DNA of 64,000 bases from the human T2T-CHM13v2.0 reference genome, Homo sapiens (GCF_009914755.1 NC_060927.1); one strand, 5' to 3'. Positions 34,008-53,623 are shown, counted from the first letter of the stretch. Notes: a model not told the origin generated them from the sequence alone. Made by a program: numbers and translations.

Positions 34008-35394
34008 TACATTGTTAGGATTTGGAATAGGTCTAGTATTTTTCTAATACGATGTGAGGGTGGGGGAGTGGAGAAAAGAGCTCATTACTGTAGCTCCACA
34101 GCAACATATTTACAAGAATATAACTTTCTAGTTAACCTATCAAAAATGAGTGTATATTTTTAATGTTATTAATGTTTAAATTTGGTATACTTGCATACTT
34201 CACCAGGCAATGCGATGAGACAAACAGTTCCCTAATTTAACTTTTTGCCCAAGATAAGATAAGTAACTGTTATAAAACTGTAGTTAACTCTTCTTGGTTT
34301 CAGTGAGAAAAAAAAAAAAAAGAACTCCCTCTGAGGATCAACGGTGATTTATTCACTAAGCCCAGTCATTGTTTGAGTATCTTAAAGGGTATTAAACGTG
34401 ACATATTCATGTGAAAAGTTTGTCTTCTTTGTATTTGACAGAACAAAATCCACAAATCATTAGACCCAAAACTAAACTTGAGATGAAAGGTCATTGCTTT
34501 TTTTCCACCAAGCCATCTAACCAAGCTTAAGCACAAATATAAAACCATCTGTTTACCAGGAGGCAAAGGAGCACAAAATCCATTAGTGCCATATGTATCA
34601 ACAGAAGTGTGACTTCAGAGCCGCAAATGTTTTCAATATTTTTCCTTCATTATTTTCTGCCAGAAACTTAGTTGGAATGGTTTTCCTTTCCATAAAATGC
34701 ACCGAATTTCAGTTTAATTATGTAAGTCCTTCCCCCCTTATTAAGTAATTACACATATTTTCTCATCCATGTGTCTATATTTCACAAGTAACTGCTTCCT
34801 TTTGTTGGCAAGAACAGAAAATTAACTAAAAAAAGAGGGAAGCAATGAGATTTTATTTTCAATGTCTGTCCCTTCTTTCTCCTTAGGGGAACTAACACAT
34901 CTTCCAATGCATCACAAGATAAAGATGCTGACTCAGTCTATTAAGTCATCCCTGGAGTCTGTGGCACAGCCCTTAATAAGACAGTTTGCTGTACAAAAAG
35001 TTGTTTTATTAAATGAATGAAAAATAACTTTTCCTTGCACAAAATTGTCCTTAGTGAAATAACTTAAATATGAGACCAAATTCTCCCATACTTATCCCAA
35101 AACATTGCAGAGAGCAAACAGAAAGTCAAAATGACAAAATTGCTTAGTTAGAAATTATGCTTTGAAAATTTCACCAAAAATGGGAGGTTAATTGTGGTTG
35201 ACATATGGGAGTGAAATTCTTGCCAACTGAAAAAAAAAAAAAAAAAGTGAGCAGAACTTCAGAGGGCGGGGGAGGAAACAAAGTAAGTGAGAAAGTTTCA
35301 GATACAGTGTTAATGGTTGTACCTTATTTATGTGGATATAGATTTGTCTAAATAATAATCCTTTGCACTTGTGGCTTATAAAACATAACATTTT

Positions 35395-36216
<822 letters not shown>

Positions 36217-36358
36217 TACTACGGCCTTTTTAAAAGTAACTGCCAGAAAATTACTTAGATACAAATTCTAAGAATGCTATAGTGACTCAGTTGTGTTGCT
36301 GGAACAAAAGAAAGTTAGAAATTATTTAAACAGACACTCTACATAAAAGATTAAATTC

Positions 36359-36518
36359 AGACTGGGCTCGGGGGCTCACGCCTGTAATCCCGGCTACTCA
36401 GCAGGCCAAGGTGAGAGAACTGTTTGAGCCTAAAAGTTCGAGACCAGCCTGGCAATTTAGCAAGACACACTGTCTCTAATGATATAAATAAATTAATTAA
36501 AAATTTAAAAAGAAAAAA
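36359..36518 (+). mobile_element. Alu monomer (FLAM-like)
   Basis: TSD aaaagattaaattcag. Confidence 0.8.
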
Positions 36519-37019
36519 GATTAAATTCAGGTCATTAACTTCAGCCTGCTGCATCCAAATCTTTCAAAGATTCTTACTTTCACATATTAACTACAGATAT
36601 TTAAATTCCTCCTTTTTAATGGTTGATTCATTAAAGTTTCACTAATTTTTCTTTCTCTTGCTGCCAGAGAAAGCCAACAGTAGAACAGCAGAATTAAAAT
36701 AGAAGGAATAAAATAGATTTTTATATTCTGAAAAGTCAAAAATAGGACTCTGATATTCATTGATTAATCATGAAATAATATCAGCCTGAGGAGGTTATTG
36801 ACTTAGTAGATGACTATAAAATAGCCTCCTGACTTGTCTTCCTACCTCCTCTCTCTCCCTCTTCCCTCCATCCTATATTTTGCTGGAAGATTATTTCAAC
36901 GTAGTTACCATGTGCGAGACCTTCCATAAACTAGCAAAGAAAATATAAACTTTTCACTCTGGAATTCAAGACCTCTGCAAAATAATAGTCCCTACCATCT
37001 ATTAAACAACCACTGTAAA

Positions 37020-37815
37020 CCTGCTTCCAAAAAACTCTCAAACCGTATTTTTCCTCTATTCTTGCACCTCCACAATAATCATCAACACAGAAGACTTCTG
37101 TGACCAAACGTGGGGGAGGTTTTCCCCACACACCAAGCAGTGGACACCAGCTGGGTCTCCTCCAGTTCAATTCTGACACTATCTTCCTTGAGATGGTATC
37201 AGGTCCCACAGGCTGAAGGCTCAGGCCTGGAGTGCCTCCCAACCCCAGACACCAGCTGCAAGTCCAGGCCTCCAGAACTTCTGACTGACTGGCTTCAAAT
37301 TGGGGTTCCCATGACCCCTCTTCAGGTTCAATTAATTTGCTGGAGCATCTCACACAACTCAGGGAAACATGTTTACTGGTTTATTTTAAAGAATACAGAT
37401 GAAGGGATGCATAGGGTGAGGTATGGAGGAAAAGGAACAGAGTTTCCACACCCTCTCTGGGCACACCAACCTCCAGGAAGCACCACACATTCCACTATTC
37501 GGGAGCTCTCTGAACGGAGTCTTGGGGTTTGTTGGAAGCTTCACGATGCCACATTCCTTCCCTCGGGGTATAGGGTAGGACACAATCTGGGTAGAGTCTT
37601 AAGGCCCACAATCAGAAAGATCGGGAAGATTAGGGTCCTGCCTTGGGGCAGGTAAAAGAAGGGCAGGAGAAGGTCTGAGAGATTTTGTTTCCTGAGGCCT
37701 GCCCCTGAGGCTAAAACACTCAACATTGTAACAAAAGACTAACAAGGGCTATGGGAGTTATCAGCCAAGAACCATGGACAAAAACCTACATATGTATATC
37801 TCAAAACACTTTTAA
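37020..37815 (-). mobile_element. MER21-family solo LTR
   Basis: acacagaagacttctgtgaccaaa...ggacaccagctggg...aattctgacactatc...acaagggctatgggagttatcagcca. Confidence 0.8.
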
Positions 37816-37832
37816 CAATCCAGGAAACATGG

Positions 37833-38347
<515 letters not shown>

Positions 38348-38593
38348 TTAGGTATTTAGCACGTGGTGAAACCATGTCCCAACCCAGACCTGTCTAACAA
38401 CTCTAAAGTCCAGCCTGTCTTTCTAGATTTATTTCTGATTATCAGGATATACATAGCCCACAGTACCTTCAGTGTACAGCGCTAGTCTCATAAACATTGC
38501 TAGCCCCATCACAGTTCTAGTCTGTTATGGAGCCAATTTTTCTACCTTAATTGTTCTCCCTAATGCTACTGCTTATAAAAACGTTAGTTTTTC

Positions 38594-38929
<336 letters not shown>

Positions 38930-38969
38930 TCACTCCTGAATCTAATCTCCAGCAACTTCCCAAATATGA

Positions 38970-39763
<794 letters not shown>

Positions 39764-39925
39764 TTATTCATTAGTAATATATCCTTGTATCCCCCAACAG
39801 GGATTAAATGCCTCAATAAAAATTTGTAGTGTTGAATAATAAATACCACCTAGAATATGCTGTCTAAAACAGAAGTTCTCTCTTTCTTTTTGAAATCTCC
39901 TCTTCCTTCCCTCTTCCCTAGCTCA

Positions 39926-40358
<433 letters not shown>

Positions 40359-40487
40359 CTAAATGTCTCTACAATTCAAATATTTCTCCAGTTCACCTAT
40401 TTTATAGGCCATATCACCTGTGCACACTTGAGAAACATATGTCCAAATAAAAACACTCAGAGAAAGTAAGCAATGTGCTCAATGTAC

Positions 40488-40655
40488 TGTTTATTTATTT
40501 ATCTATTTTGAGACAGGGTCTCACTTTATCACCCAAGCTGGAGTAAAATGGCAGTCTCTGCTCACTGCAACCTCTGCCTCTCGGGTTCAAGAGGTTCTCC
40601 TGCCTCAGCCTCCTGAGTAGTTCGGATTATAGGCACGCGCCACCATGCCCTGGTA
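40488..40655 (-). mobile_element. 5'-truncated Alu (right arm)
   Basis: TSD-like tcaatgtac on both sides. Confidence 0.85.
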
Positions 40656-41156
40656 ATATCAATGTACATAGTAAATGGGTCCATCTCATTGCCATTTAAA
40701 TGAAGTCAGTTATCTCCAAATTTATAAAACAAACTATAAGCAAGCCCCTTCACTTTAACTCTACTTATAGCTGGTTCTCTATGTTCCTTCTTTTGCAGTC
40801 AAAGTCTTCTCCTCCCTTATATTTCTCATTTACTTCCCAACTCACTTTATCTGGCTTTCCCCTCCACCGTTCAATTTACTCTATCTCCTCAGTTGCAGAT
40901 GACTCCAAGGATTTTTGGAGTGAGCCACTGGAAGGATGGTTTCTATTGGGAGGATGAAGTCGCCCTTTACTTGGTTCCTGGGGCGTGTTTGCTTTTGAAG
41001 ATGCTAAACTGGAGATGCCTATTAGACATTATTAATGAGGCACTTATGTTCTGCAGTGTGCAGGTCAGGCATTAGGTTAAAGTTGGACCTGTAAAGTTGG
41101 TAGTTTTCAATATACAGGGGATATGTAAATCCTGGTCCTAGGTAAGTACACTTAAA

Positions 41157-41640
<484 letters not shown>

Positions 41641-41702
41641 GTTAAAAAAAAAAAAAGAGGAATTAATTGTTTCCAAAGAGTATTCAGCACAGTCAGGACT
41701 TA

Positions 41703-43030
<1,328 letters not shown>

Positions 43031-43046
43031 TTCCAGCAAACCCTAG

Positions 43047-43434
<388 letters not shown>

Positions 43435-43574
43435 TGCATTTCTATTTAGATATGCAACTTCTAAAGTGGGAAAATGGGAAAATGGGATTACCTACACAAT
43501 TGTTTGCCCATTTTAGCATGCTCTTTGGCTTCCCACATTCTCTATTGCAGTTCTCCAGCAGAACAAACACTTGC

Positions 43575-44026
43575 CCCAGGTGGTTGATAACCACAAGCTT
43601 CACACAGATAGTGACGTAGAGACCACCCCTGACTCATTCGGCCCTTACCTGCCTTGTAGAAGAGATCATGAGAAATGGAGTCCACTTGCTCCTTAACCCC
43701 TCCAGCGCTGCCTAGGGGGAATTGACTCTTTCTGTGCATTTGTGATCAACTTTATTGCAACGTAGAGCGACATTATTATAAAAGGAAAATTTTGGAGAGA
43801 GGTGCAAGTGTGTTCAACCCTCAAGGGTGGGGGAGACCAGCAAAAGGGCTGCCTGTTTTACCACCTGTTCCCTGGGCACTAAAGCTTTGCAGACAGCACC
43901 TGCGGAGGCACTAGAAACTGCTGTGGGCAACACTATTCGAGATGTGAATCGCAAGCCATTTTCCCACAGATAGTCTTATTGTTTAATTCAGAAAACTACC
44001 TTGTACATTCTTGAACACAGGTAAGG
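43575..44026 (+). promoter_or_regulatory. Candidate TATA-containing promoter/enhancer with a downstream splice donor
   Basis: GTGGTTGATAACCACA (GATA/RUNX), TGACGT, TGACTCA at 43630, TATAAAAG at 43777-43784, CAG|GTAAGG at 44020/44021; motif evidence only. Confidence 0.3.
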
Positions 44027-44312
44027 CCTGTGGAAAGAGAGTAGGGCCCTTGTTCTAGGTGTCTGTCTCTACTCTGCTTCTGTTTAGAAACACCTGGTGT
44101 GTAGGTCTTATCTCACTCTGCTACCATCTGGAAGACAAGGAAACCTATAGCTTTATCCTCAATCCCACTGCTTGACTTAGTGAACCTGGCAAGCTGCTTA
44201 ACCTCTAGATGCCATAATAGCTTTTTTTCCCACCAAGAGTAATGCATGCCTCTTTCTAATTTCCTGAAATGCTGGATGAACTCAATTGAAGCTTTTTGGA
44301 GGAAATAGTTAA

Positions 44313-44992
<680 letters not shown>

Positions 44993-45663
44993 CAAAATTA
45001 TGTTTTTAAATTTTCTTTTGAAATGGAGAAAATATATTTTTCCTAAGAGAAATAGTCTTCTATGATATCTGTTGAAAATGAACATAGCACAATTGTGTAA
45101 AGTATTAAAATATCAGTTCCAAATTAAAGATTTTTTTTAAAAAATGGCAACTTTTCAAAATGATAAACATTTACTGCTCCTGTAGCTTCCCAAAAGATAA
45201 GGCAAAATAGAATTCTGATGAACTTCTGAGATCCTGGGCAAAAGATTTAAACAATGTCTCTTCATATTTCCAACTACAAGAGAAGTCATCAAATGTTACA
45301 TTCCATTAATTCAATATAGATGGATAACTACTAACTTACAACTCAGAAGTGTTCTTAAGTCCATTCATTCCTGATAAAGACAAATTCATTTTTGAAATTC
45401 TCATCTTTACCTCTTAGGACATGGCAGTTGATTTCCTAGAACTATACAATTAATCTACTTTTTGCTTAGACAGACCAAGCTGAAGCTGTTCTTAATGATA
45501 AGAAAAAGGCGTGGAAGGGAGCCTGTCAAATAGGATTATTCAGAGGAAGGAAAGCTAAGTGGATTTAAAAATGCAACCTGTCATTGCCTTCTACAAATCA
45601 TATTGGAAGAATTGAAAAACAGAATAGCATTTTATAAAGTATAAGCCCTAAGAAGGAGAAACA

Positions 45664-45695
45664 ACTTCCGGTTTAAAAAAAATGTGTTACGTAAC
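45664..45695. promoter_or_regulatory. ETS motif plus PAR-bZIP/NFIL3 palindrome
   Basis: ACTTCCGGT at 45664-45672 and GTTACGTAAC at 45686-45695. Confidence 0.35.
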
Positions 45696-45984
45696 TGCCA
45701 TGGTTATGGGTAGCTTAGATGGCTCAATATGAAATGTATTATATGACAGAATTAAAGGTGTGTGTGCATGTGTATTTCCTAACAGCTCTATTCACTGTCA
45801 GGTATTAAAGGTCAAGAATAGCACATCACTGGGGATGTCTAATGTTCTCATTTAGATGACTGATGCCATTTATTTGTCTAGCATTGTTTTCTAAGCACAT
45901 TATCAACCAAGAGCTGACATATCTTCAAATAACTGTATAGATTCACAGCTTATCTCATATTTCATAGTTTAAGAAATGGACAAG

Positions 45985-46477
<493 letters not shown>

Positions 46478-46804
46478 TCAGTGTCCCCAAATAACCTTTT
46501 CTGCTCTTTTGCCCTCTCACTTTGCCTTATTCACTTTACCTGTAACCATCATTCTCACACACACACACACACAAACAAACACACACGCACACACACACAT
46601 ATACATTGCGGTCATATAGCAAAGAGCCCAGTAATATAGCATATTAAGTTATAGCATGTTATTAGTTTTAATGCATTACTTCCCTTTGCTCTCTAAAAGA
46701 GAAAGGCAAGACAAATAAATTAAGCTTCAATAATAAAACACCAGGCACTTGTAGGAGAACGATACTAGTACCCACCCCCAAAATATGACACCTTAAAAAA
46801 ATAA

Positions 46805-47014
<210 letters not shown>

Positions 47015-47080
47015 TAAAACCAAAAATTAAATTTATGTCTCCCAATTTATTCTGAGTTCTTACCATCAAGACTAATTCAA

Positions 47081-47392
47081 TGCTGGTCTGGATGGCTCAC
47101 GCCTATAATCCCAGCACTTTGGGAGCCTGAGGTGGGAGGATCACTTGTGTCTAGTTTGAGACCAACCTGGGCAACATGATGAGAACCCCACCCTACAAAA
47201 AATAAAAAATTAGTCAGGCGTGGTGATGCTTGCCTGTAGTCCTAGCAACTCAGGAGGCTGAAGTAGGAGGATCATCTTTGAGCTCAAGGGGTTGTGGGGA
47301 GATGTCGAGGCTGCAGTGAGCTGTGAACATGCCACTGCACTCCAGCCTGGGTAACAGAGTGGGATCCTGTCTCAAAAAAATAAAAAGAAAAA
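47081..47392 (+). mobile_element. Alu (AluJ-like)
   Basis: TSD aagactaattca. Confidence 0.9.
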
Positions 47393-47528
47393 GACTAATT
47401 CAGGCAGTCTCTTTCATAATTAGCAATGGGAAAAGCAGATTGAATTGTGGAAATCCTAAGTTTTCAATAGGTCTGTGCTAGAGTTATATCTATAATAAAC
47501 AGCTGGTATTCCAGACAACTATTGGCTG

Positions 47529-47967
47529 TGTTGGGGTTAGAAACCGATACCCCAAAATATTGTGGCTTTCTGACAACCTCCCCATAGCATTTGCATAAGA
47601 TCCAGACCCGTCAGAAGGAATAATTGTTATTTTTTCACCTCTGTTTAAGACCAAGAATGTAACCACACCAAACAGACCCTTTCACAAGATAATGTACAAA
47701 TTAATCTGTTTTCTGGCCCACTCATTCTCTCTAGTAATCCCCCCAACAGAATTCTTCTTCTCCCCGCCACCCACCAATAATCTGTATTGGTAGGATGGTT
47801 TGTAAGCCTCTGGACCACATTGTGGGGGGTGGGTAATCATTCTGTGGTTCTCTCCAAGTACAGGTTAAATACATTTACATGCTTTTCCTCCAAACAATCT
47901 GCCCTTTGCAACTGATTTTTCAATGAACCTTCAGAGGGCGAAGGGCAAGTTTCCCTTGGCCTCTACA
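47529..47967 (+). mobile_element. ERV1 solo LTR (MER34-like)
   Basis: TG...CA ends: tgttggggttagaaaccgataccccaaa ... gaaccttcagagggcgaagggcaagtttcccttggcctctaca. Confidence 0.7.
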
Positions 47968-48018
47968 GGTGCATATTTTTAACCCAACTTTTTAATTTAG
48001 TATTAAAAAGCTGGCTAA

Positions 48019-48605
48019 TTGTGGAAGACAATGTGGCAGTTCCTCGAAGATCTAAAGACAGAAATTCCATTTGACCCAGCAATCCCATTACTGAGTATAT
48101 ACCCAAAGGGACATGAATTATTCTATTATAAAGACACATGCATGTGTATGTTCATCGCAGCACTATTCACAATAGCAAAGACATGGAATCAACCTAAATG
48201 CCCATCAATGATAGACTGGACAAAGAAAATGCAGTGTACATACACTATAGAATAGTATGCAGCCTTAAAAAGAACGAGATCATGCCCTTTGCAGGGACAT
48301 GGATGGAGCTAGAGGCCATTATCCTTAGTAAACTAACATAGGAACAGGAAACCAAACACCATATGTGCTCACTTATAAGTGGGAGCTAAATGATGAGAAC
48401 ACATGGGCATACAGAGGGGAACAGCACACACTGGGGCCTTTTGGAGAGTGAAGTGGGGGAGGAGGAAAAGGATCAAGAAAAATAACTCATAGGTTCTAGG
48501 TGTAATATGTGGATGATGAAATAATCTGTACAACAAACCCCCATGACACAAGTTTACCTATGTAACAAACCTGCATTTGTAACCTTGAACTTAAAATTAA
48601 GTTTG
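48019..48605 (+). mobile_element. 5'-truncated L1PA/PB (ORF2 C-terminus plus 3'UTR)
   Basis: Translation EIPFDPAIPLLSIYPK...MFIAALFTIAKTWNQPKCPSMIDW is L1 ORF2p; TSD aaagctggctaat. Confidence 0.95.
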
Positions 48606-49505
48606 AAAGCTGGCTAATATTCATTATCCTAAATCTTGCAAATGTGCTCTACAGAATAAGCTATTTAAATATTCACGTGAAAATGAAGATCCTGATAATA
48701 ACTTAAAATCTGATTTTCTCAAGTGTTAAGTGTTGAAGGAAAGAGCAAAAATTAAGCCCCAGAGTAGTTAGGGCAGGAGGGGAGAAGGGAGGGAAAATGT
48801 ACTATGTGCATCCCTGAGGCAGATTGTTGCAGAAATTTAGTTATCGTGGTTTTATGTGGAGAACTAATAAAATTAATTTGGAAACCTAAAATTAGGAGAA
48901 ATCAAACAATCATATCTACAAATCACAGTAAAGCAACATACATAATAAGTGGGATGCTGCAGGGCTCCATGCCATATCTTTGGTATTGAAATGTTGTTTA
49001 GGATAGGGTATAATTTCAAAGAAAATTGAATTAAAAGGATGAATGGCTTAGAGAATTCTGTAGGGTGCATACAGACTTTTATTATTAGATTGTTCATTTG
49101 CATACAGCTCATATCTTTATTTGTCGCTAGTGATTAGCTCACCAAGTAGCCAGCCATAGAATAGTAGGAAACAGTGATTTCCTTGAGAGGGGGGCGGTGG
49201 GGTAGGTTCACAAAAGCCTTTATTGTCTATTAGTAGGCAGAAACTGGGATCTGGGTGATGAGGGGGTCAGAGAACTGGATGAAAAAGTTAGATGATTGTT
49301 AAAGCATAATTTTTACAGCTTTTCATTCTCCCACTGAAGATTTCAGGTAAACAAAGAAAATCTTAACAGAGAAAAGGAAGACCGGCTCTTTAAAACTGTG
49401 AAAGTGGTCTGTGCTACACTGAGGAAACACTGAATTCCAAAGTTATTAGACATTTTAATAATTTTAGTCCCCAAGAATAAGTGTAGTTAGACCACTTGAA
49501 GCTGT

Positions 49506-49819
49506 GTTTTTTGTTTGTTTGGTTGGTTTTTGTTTGTTTGTTTGTTTAAAGACAGGTCTTATTCTGTCACCCAAGCTGAAGTGCAGTGGAGCAATCATGG
49601 TTCACTGCAGTCTTGACCTCCTGGGCTCAAGTGATTCTTCCACTTCAGCCTCCTGAGTTGTTGGGAATACAGGTGTGTGCCACCACGCCTGGCTAATTTT
49701 TAATTTTTTTGTAGAAATGGGGTCTAATGATGTTGCCCAGGCTGGTCTCAAACTCCTGGCCTCAAGTGATCCTCCCACCTCCTCCCACCTCAGCCTCCCA
49801 AAGTGCTAGGATTACAGGC
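49506..49819 (-). mobile_element. Alu (AluJ-like)
   Basis: Antisense diverged dimer. Confidence 0.9.
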
Positions 49820-49946
49820 ATGAGCCACCATATCTGGCCAACAGTAGACATTTTTTGCATCAAGTACTTTTCTATTATGCCAGTACCACTGGGATTTATT
49901 ATGACACTAACCTCTCCAAACTATTTGCTTTAATTTATGAGATTTA

Positions 49947-50276
<330 letters not shown>

Positions 50277-50512
50277 TCATTCATTCATTACTTCATCCAA
50301 TTGTTCTGCCATTCTTTCATTCCACAGCATCTATGCATATGGGTAGACAGTTTATGTACTTGGTTCCAGTTTCTTTCAAAAAAGAAGAGAGAGTCCCTGT
50401 CCCCAAGAAGCTCATAATCACATAAATATTCATACATAATTACAATACTATGATATATGTTATAAATTTGTACAAATGTTGGGCCTTTCTTCTCTCTCAG
50501 ACTTTCTCTTTC

Positions 50513-50540
50513 TAGATAGAGAGATGATAGATAGATAGAT

Positions 50541-50572
<32 letters not shown>
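50513..50572 (+). repeat. (GATA)n tetranucleotide STR
   Basis: (GATA)3 GAT (GATA)8 at 50526-50572. Confidence 0.95.
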
Positions 50573-50779
50573 TACATATGCATGCATGTATGTGCGCATG
50601 TATATGTATTTAGGCATAGAATATCCTATTGCTGAAAATGAATTCTAGAATTGACATAATTAAACTAGCATTCAAGTCCTGACTTCATCACTTACTGGTC
50701 TTGTGACTTTAGGATTTTGGTGGAATTTAGCTTCTCTAAATGATTTAACTTCTCACAACCCCAGTTTGCTCAAACTAGC

Positions 50780-51010
50780 TAACACTTTTTGATAGTTTAG
50801 TATGACAGTGGTACCATTACAAGTTTTATGTGTATTAACTTATACGGCTCTCATAACCAACCTATAAAGAGGCTGCTAATATTATCCTCATTTTACAGAT
50901 GAAAAGACTGTGGCACAGATAGGTGAAATTCACCAAAGGACATACATCTCAACAAGCTTTGAACACCAGCCACAGCATCTGTGCTTGTAATGAGTACTCT
51001 ATACTACCTC
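50780..51010 (-). mobile_element. MIR
   Basis: tattatcctcattttacagatgaaaagactgtggcacaga. Confidence 0.75.
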
Positions 51011-52107
51011 TTTAAATAGAGGGCTAACAGTGGGGTAAAAAGTAGATAATAGATGGAAAGAGTTTTGAAAAGCTTAAGCATACAAAAATAAAAAGTATAA
51101 TTAATAAAGCCTTTTAAATTAAACTTTTAATAGTATAATTAACAAAGCCTTTTAGATCTGAAACTGCATTGAAAGAAATCACCTAACACCTGTAGTTTCC
51201 TGCTGTTTGCTTAGCACCAATATCCTTTCTTTGAATATGAATGCCTTGATTTCCTTCCCCCTACCCTCATTCTGTGGCTTGGGTGGGAATAGTCCCACTC
51301 CTGCCTCCAGGGATGAAAATACTGAAAACTAGCTGTGTATCAGTTCTGGATCAAGGGTAAGGCTAGTGGAGAGCTAAAATCAAATCCCTATACACCCTCC
51401 AAACTCCAAAGTCCCAGGAATGCCTAACCATGGAAAGCAATATAGTACAAACAGTAAATCAGAAGCCTTTGCTTTTCTCCCTGAAGCTTGTCAATAAACA
51501 ACTGCTTGGCCTCTGTTTGCTCACCTGTAGTATCACTCCATCAATTTTTTAATTGATGGCCATAAATCGACATAGATCTAGATTTAGTGTTCTTTATCTG
51601 TAGGTTGTGTCCTAAAACAAGGGACACATGGAAACGTTTTCCCTCTCACTGCTTCTCACCATCCTCAGGCATGTCGAGGAGGAGCAGGGGGATTCCTAGC
51701 TAGAGTGCATGCCCCACAATCTCCCCAATCTCATATCCCTCTGAATTGAGAGAAATACCAGATAGAGATCACAGTTGATCCTGTGAATGAATGAAGTTAT
51801 TTTCCCAATGGCAATAGAATTACAAAGACCAGATCCCTGAGACTACCTCGAGGAAGACTGAAAGCCATACGCTATTTTGAAGCTTAATACACGTAATCAT
51901 GACTCTCAGCATAGTCTGTACAGTCCAAGACATTAATCTGCTATGTAGTTTAGTGAAAGTTAACATCCACATTTATACTTTGTAATGGAACTGATGACCA
52001 TTTTAGACCTGCAGATTTCTACTAATATAACCATCTAAAGATAACATTATTCAAAGGATGCTTTGAGCCAAAACAAGCCAAACTGAATAAAGATTTTCCT
52101 GAGATTT

Positions 52108-52307
52108 GTGATTCTCATGCCTCAACCTCCCAAGTAGCTGGGATTACAGGCGTGCGGTACTACACCTGGCTAATTTTTGTATTTTCAGTAGAGACAAGAT
52201 TTCACCATGTTGGACAGGCTGGTCTCAAACTCCTGACCTCAGGTGATCCACCCGCCTCGGCCTCCCCAAAGTGCTGGGATTACAGGCGTGAGCCACTGCG
52301 CCTGGCC
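52108..52307 (-). mobile_element. Alu (AluS) missing its 3' third and tail
   Basis: Begins abruptly at gtgattctcatgcctc. Confidence 0.88.
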
Positions 52308-53391
52308 TTTTCTGGGATTTCCTTCCAGCTGTTGCTTCCTTCTAGATTTGTATTTCTATGATTCACTTACCACTACCCTACACTGTTCTCACTGCCCTTT
52401 CTCTCTCCCATCCTTCTTCCTTTCTTTAGTACACTGCACTTGTAGAGTAGAATTTTTCAGCCTCTATGTAAAGAGCAAGGTACAACAGCAAAGTTAACCG
52501 TGTAGCATCAAGTACATGGATACTGCTGACTCTGAAAACTGGCATTGTCCCAGTGTACCTGTTCCTCACAGTGATTGTATCACTAGCTGGCAATCTTATA
52601 GGCTAGAATCCAGTGAAGCTGGTAATACAGCTTACAGATCTGCTCTTTTTGAACCTGTAAGATTCTCAAGGTATACTGTTACATCCTAGAGATGACAAAA
52701 GAACATTTTCCTTATTGCATTTACTAGAACTTCAAAAAGTGTAACCTCAAAGATCTCAGGCATGTTTTCCTGTATTTTATAGCTACTGACTAATACATTA
52801 AATGGAATGCAACATTTTTCTATCTTTCCCATTATTCAGGTGAATCGTTCCTAAATAGTTCCTTAACCAAGGTTCTCTCTTGGTTAGGCAAGGCTTCCCT
52901 CTGTCCCTGCCCACACAGAACATCTGTATGCAACCTGAATGTTCCTGGTGCTGACAGCCCTGCTTCTCCCCAAAGTGTCACCATCTGGACATCAGCTGTG
53001 CACTTCTGAGAACCCACGCATTTGAATGCCAATTTTTTCTCTCTGAAAGGCTGTGAGTTTAGCATTTCTCCAGGATCCTAGCCCAGTGACTCAAGTAAGT
53101 CTAAAGTTGGTTTTTCCCCAGTACTCTCATTCTCTTAGCCTTTAAAAGTTCACATTCATCACTAAAAACAATAAAATCTCCTTTTGATTAGAGGAACTAT
53201 TTTCTATTTTTCTTATCACCAGATTGAAGGTAAAATACATATTTTCCATGTGATTTGCTGTCACATCACAGAAGTATAAACTGTGCTAAGGATTACTGCA
53301 TACATACATGGAAAGCCGTTAATTTCAACTGTCGCTTTATACATAAAAATCTGATAATATTACTGTAATCAGAACACTTTCTTTTCCTTAC

Positions 53392-53623
53392 TTATTTTTT
53401 GAAATTATACTTTAAGTTCTGGGGTACATGTGCCCAACGTGCAGGTTTGTTACATAAGTATACATATGCCATGTTGGTTTTCTGCACCCATCAACTCGTC
53501 ATTTACATTAGGTATTTCTCCTAATGCTATCCCTCCCCCAGCCCCCGACTCCCCAACAGGCCCTGGTGTGTGATGTTCCCCTCCCTGTGTCCATGTGTTC
53601 TCATTGTTCAACTCCCACTTACG
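53392..53623 (-). mobile_element. 5'-truncated L1PA 3'UTR
   Basis: attatactttaagttctggggtacatgtg...tctcattgttcaactcccactta; TSD ttttccttactta. Confidence 0.94.

Noticed and set aside
36931-37726. 181-aa and 140-aa overlapping ORFs
   Set aside because: Lie within a MER21-family LTR, with no recognisable protein domain.
48019-48255. 78-aa ORF with clear protein similarity
   Set aside because: C-terminal fragment of L1 ORF2p in a 5'-truncated element, ending at a premature stop.
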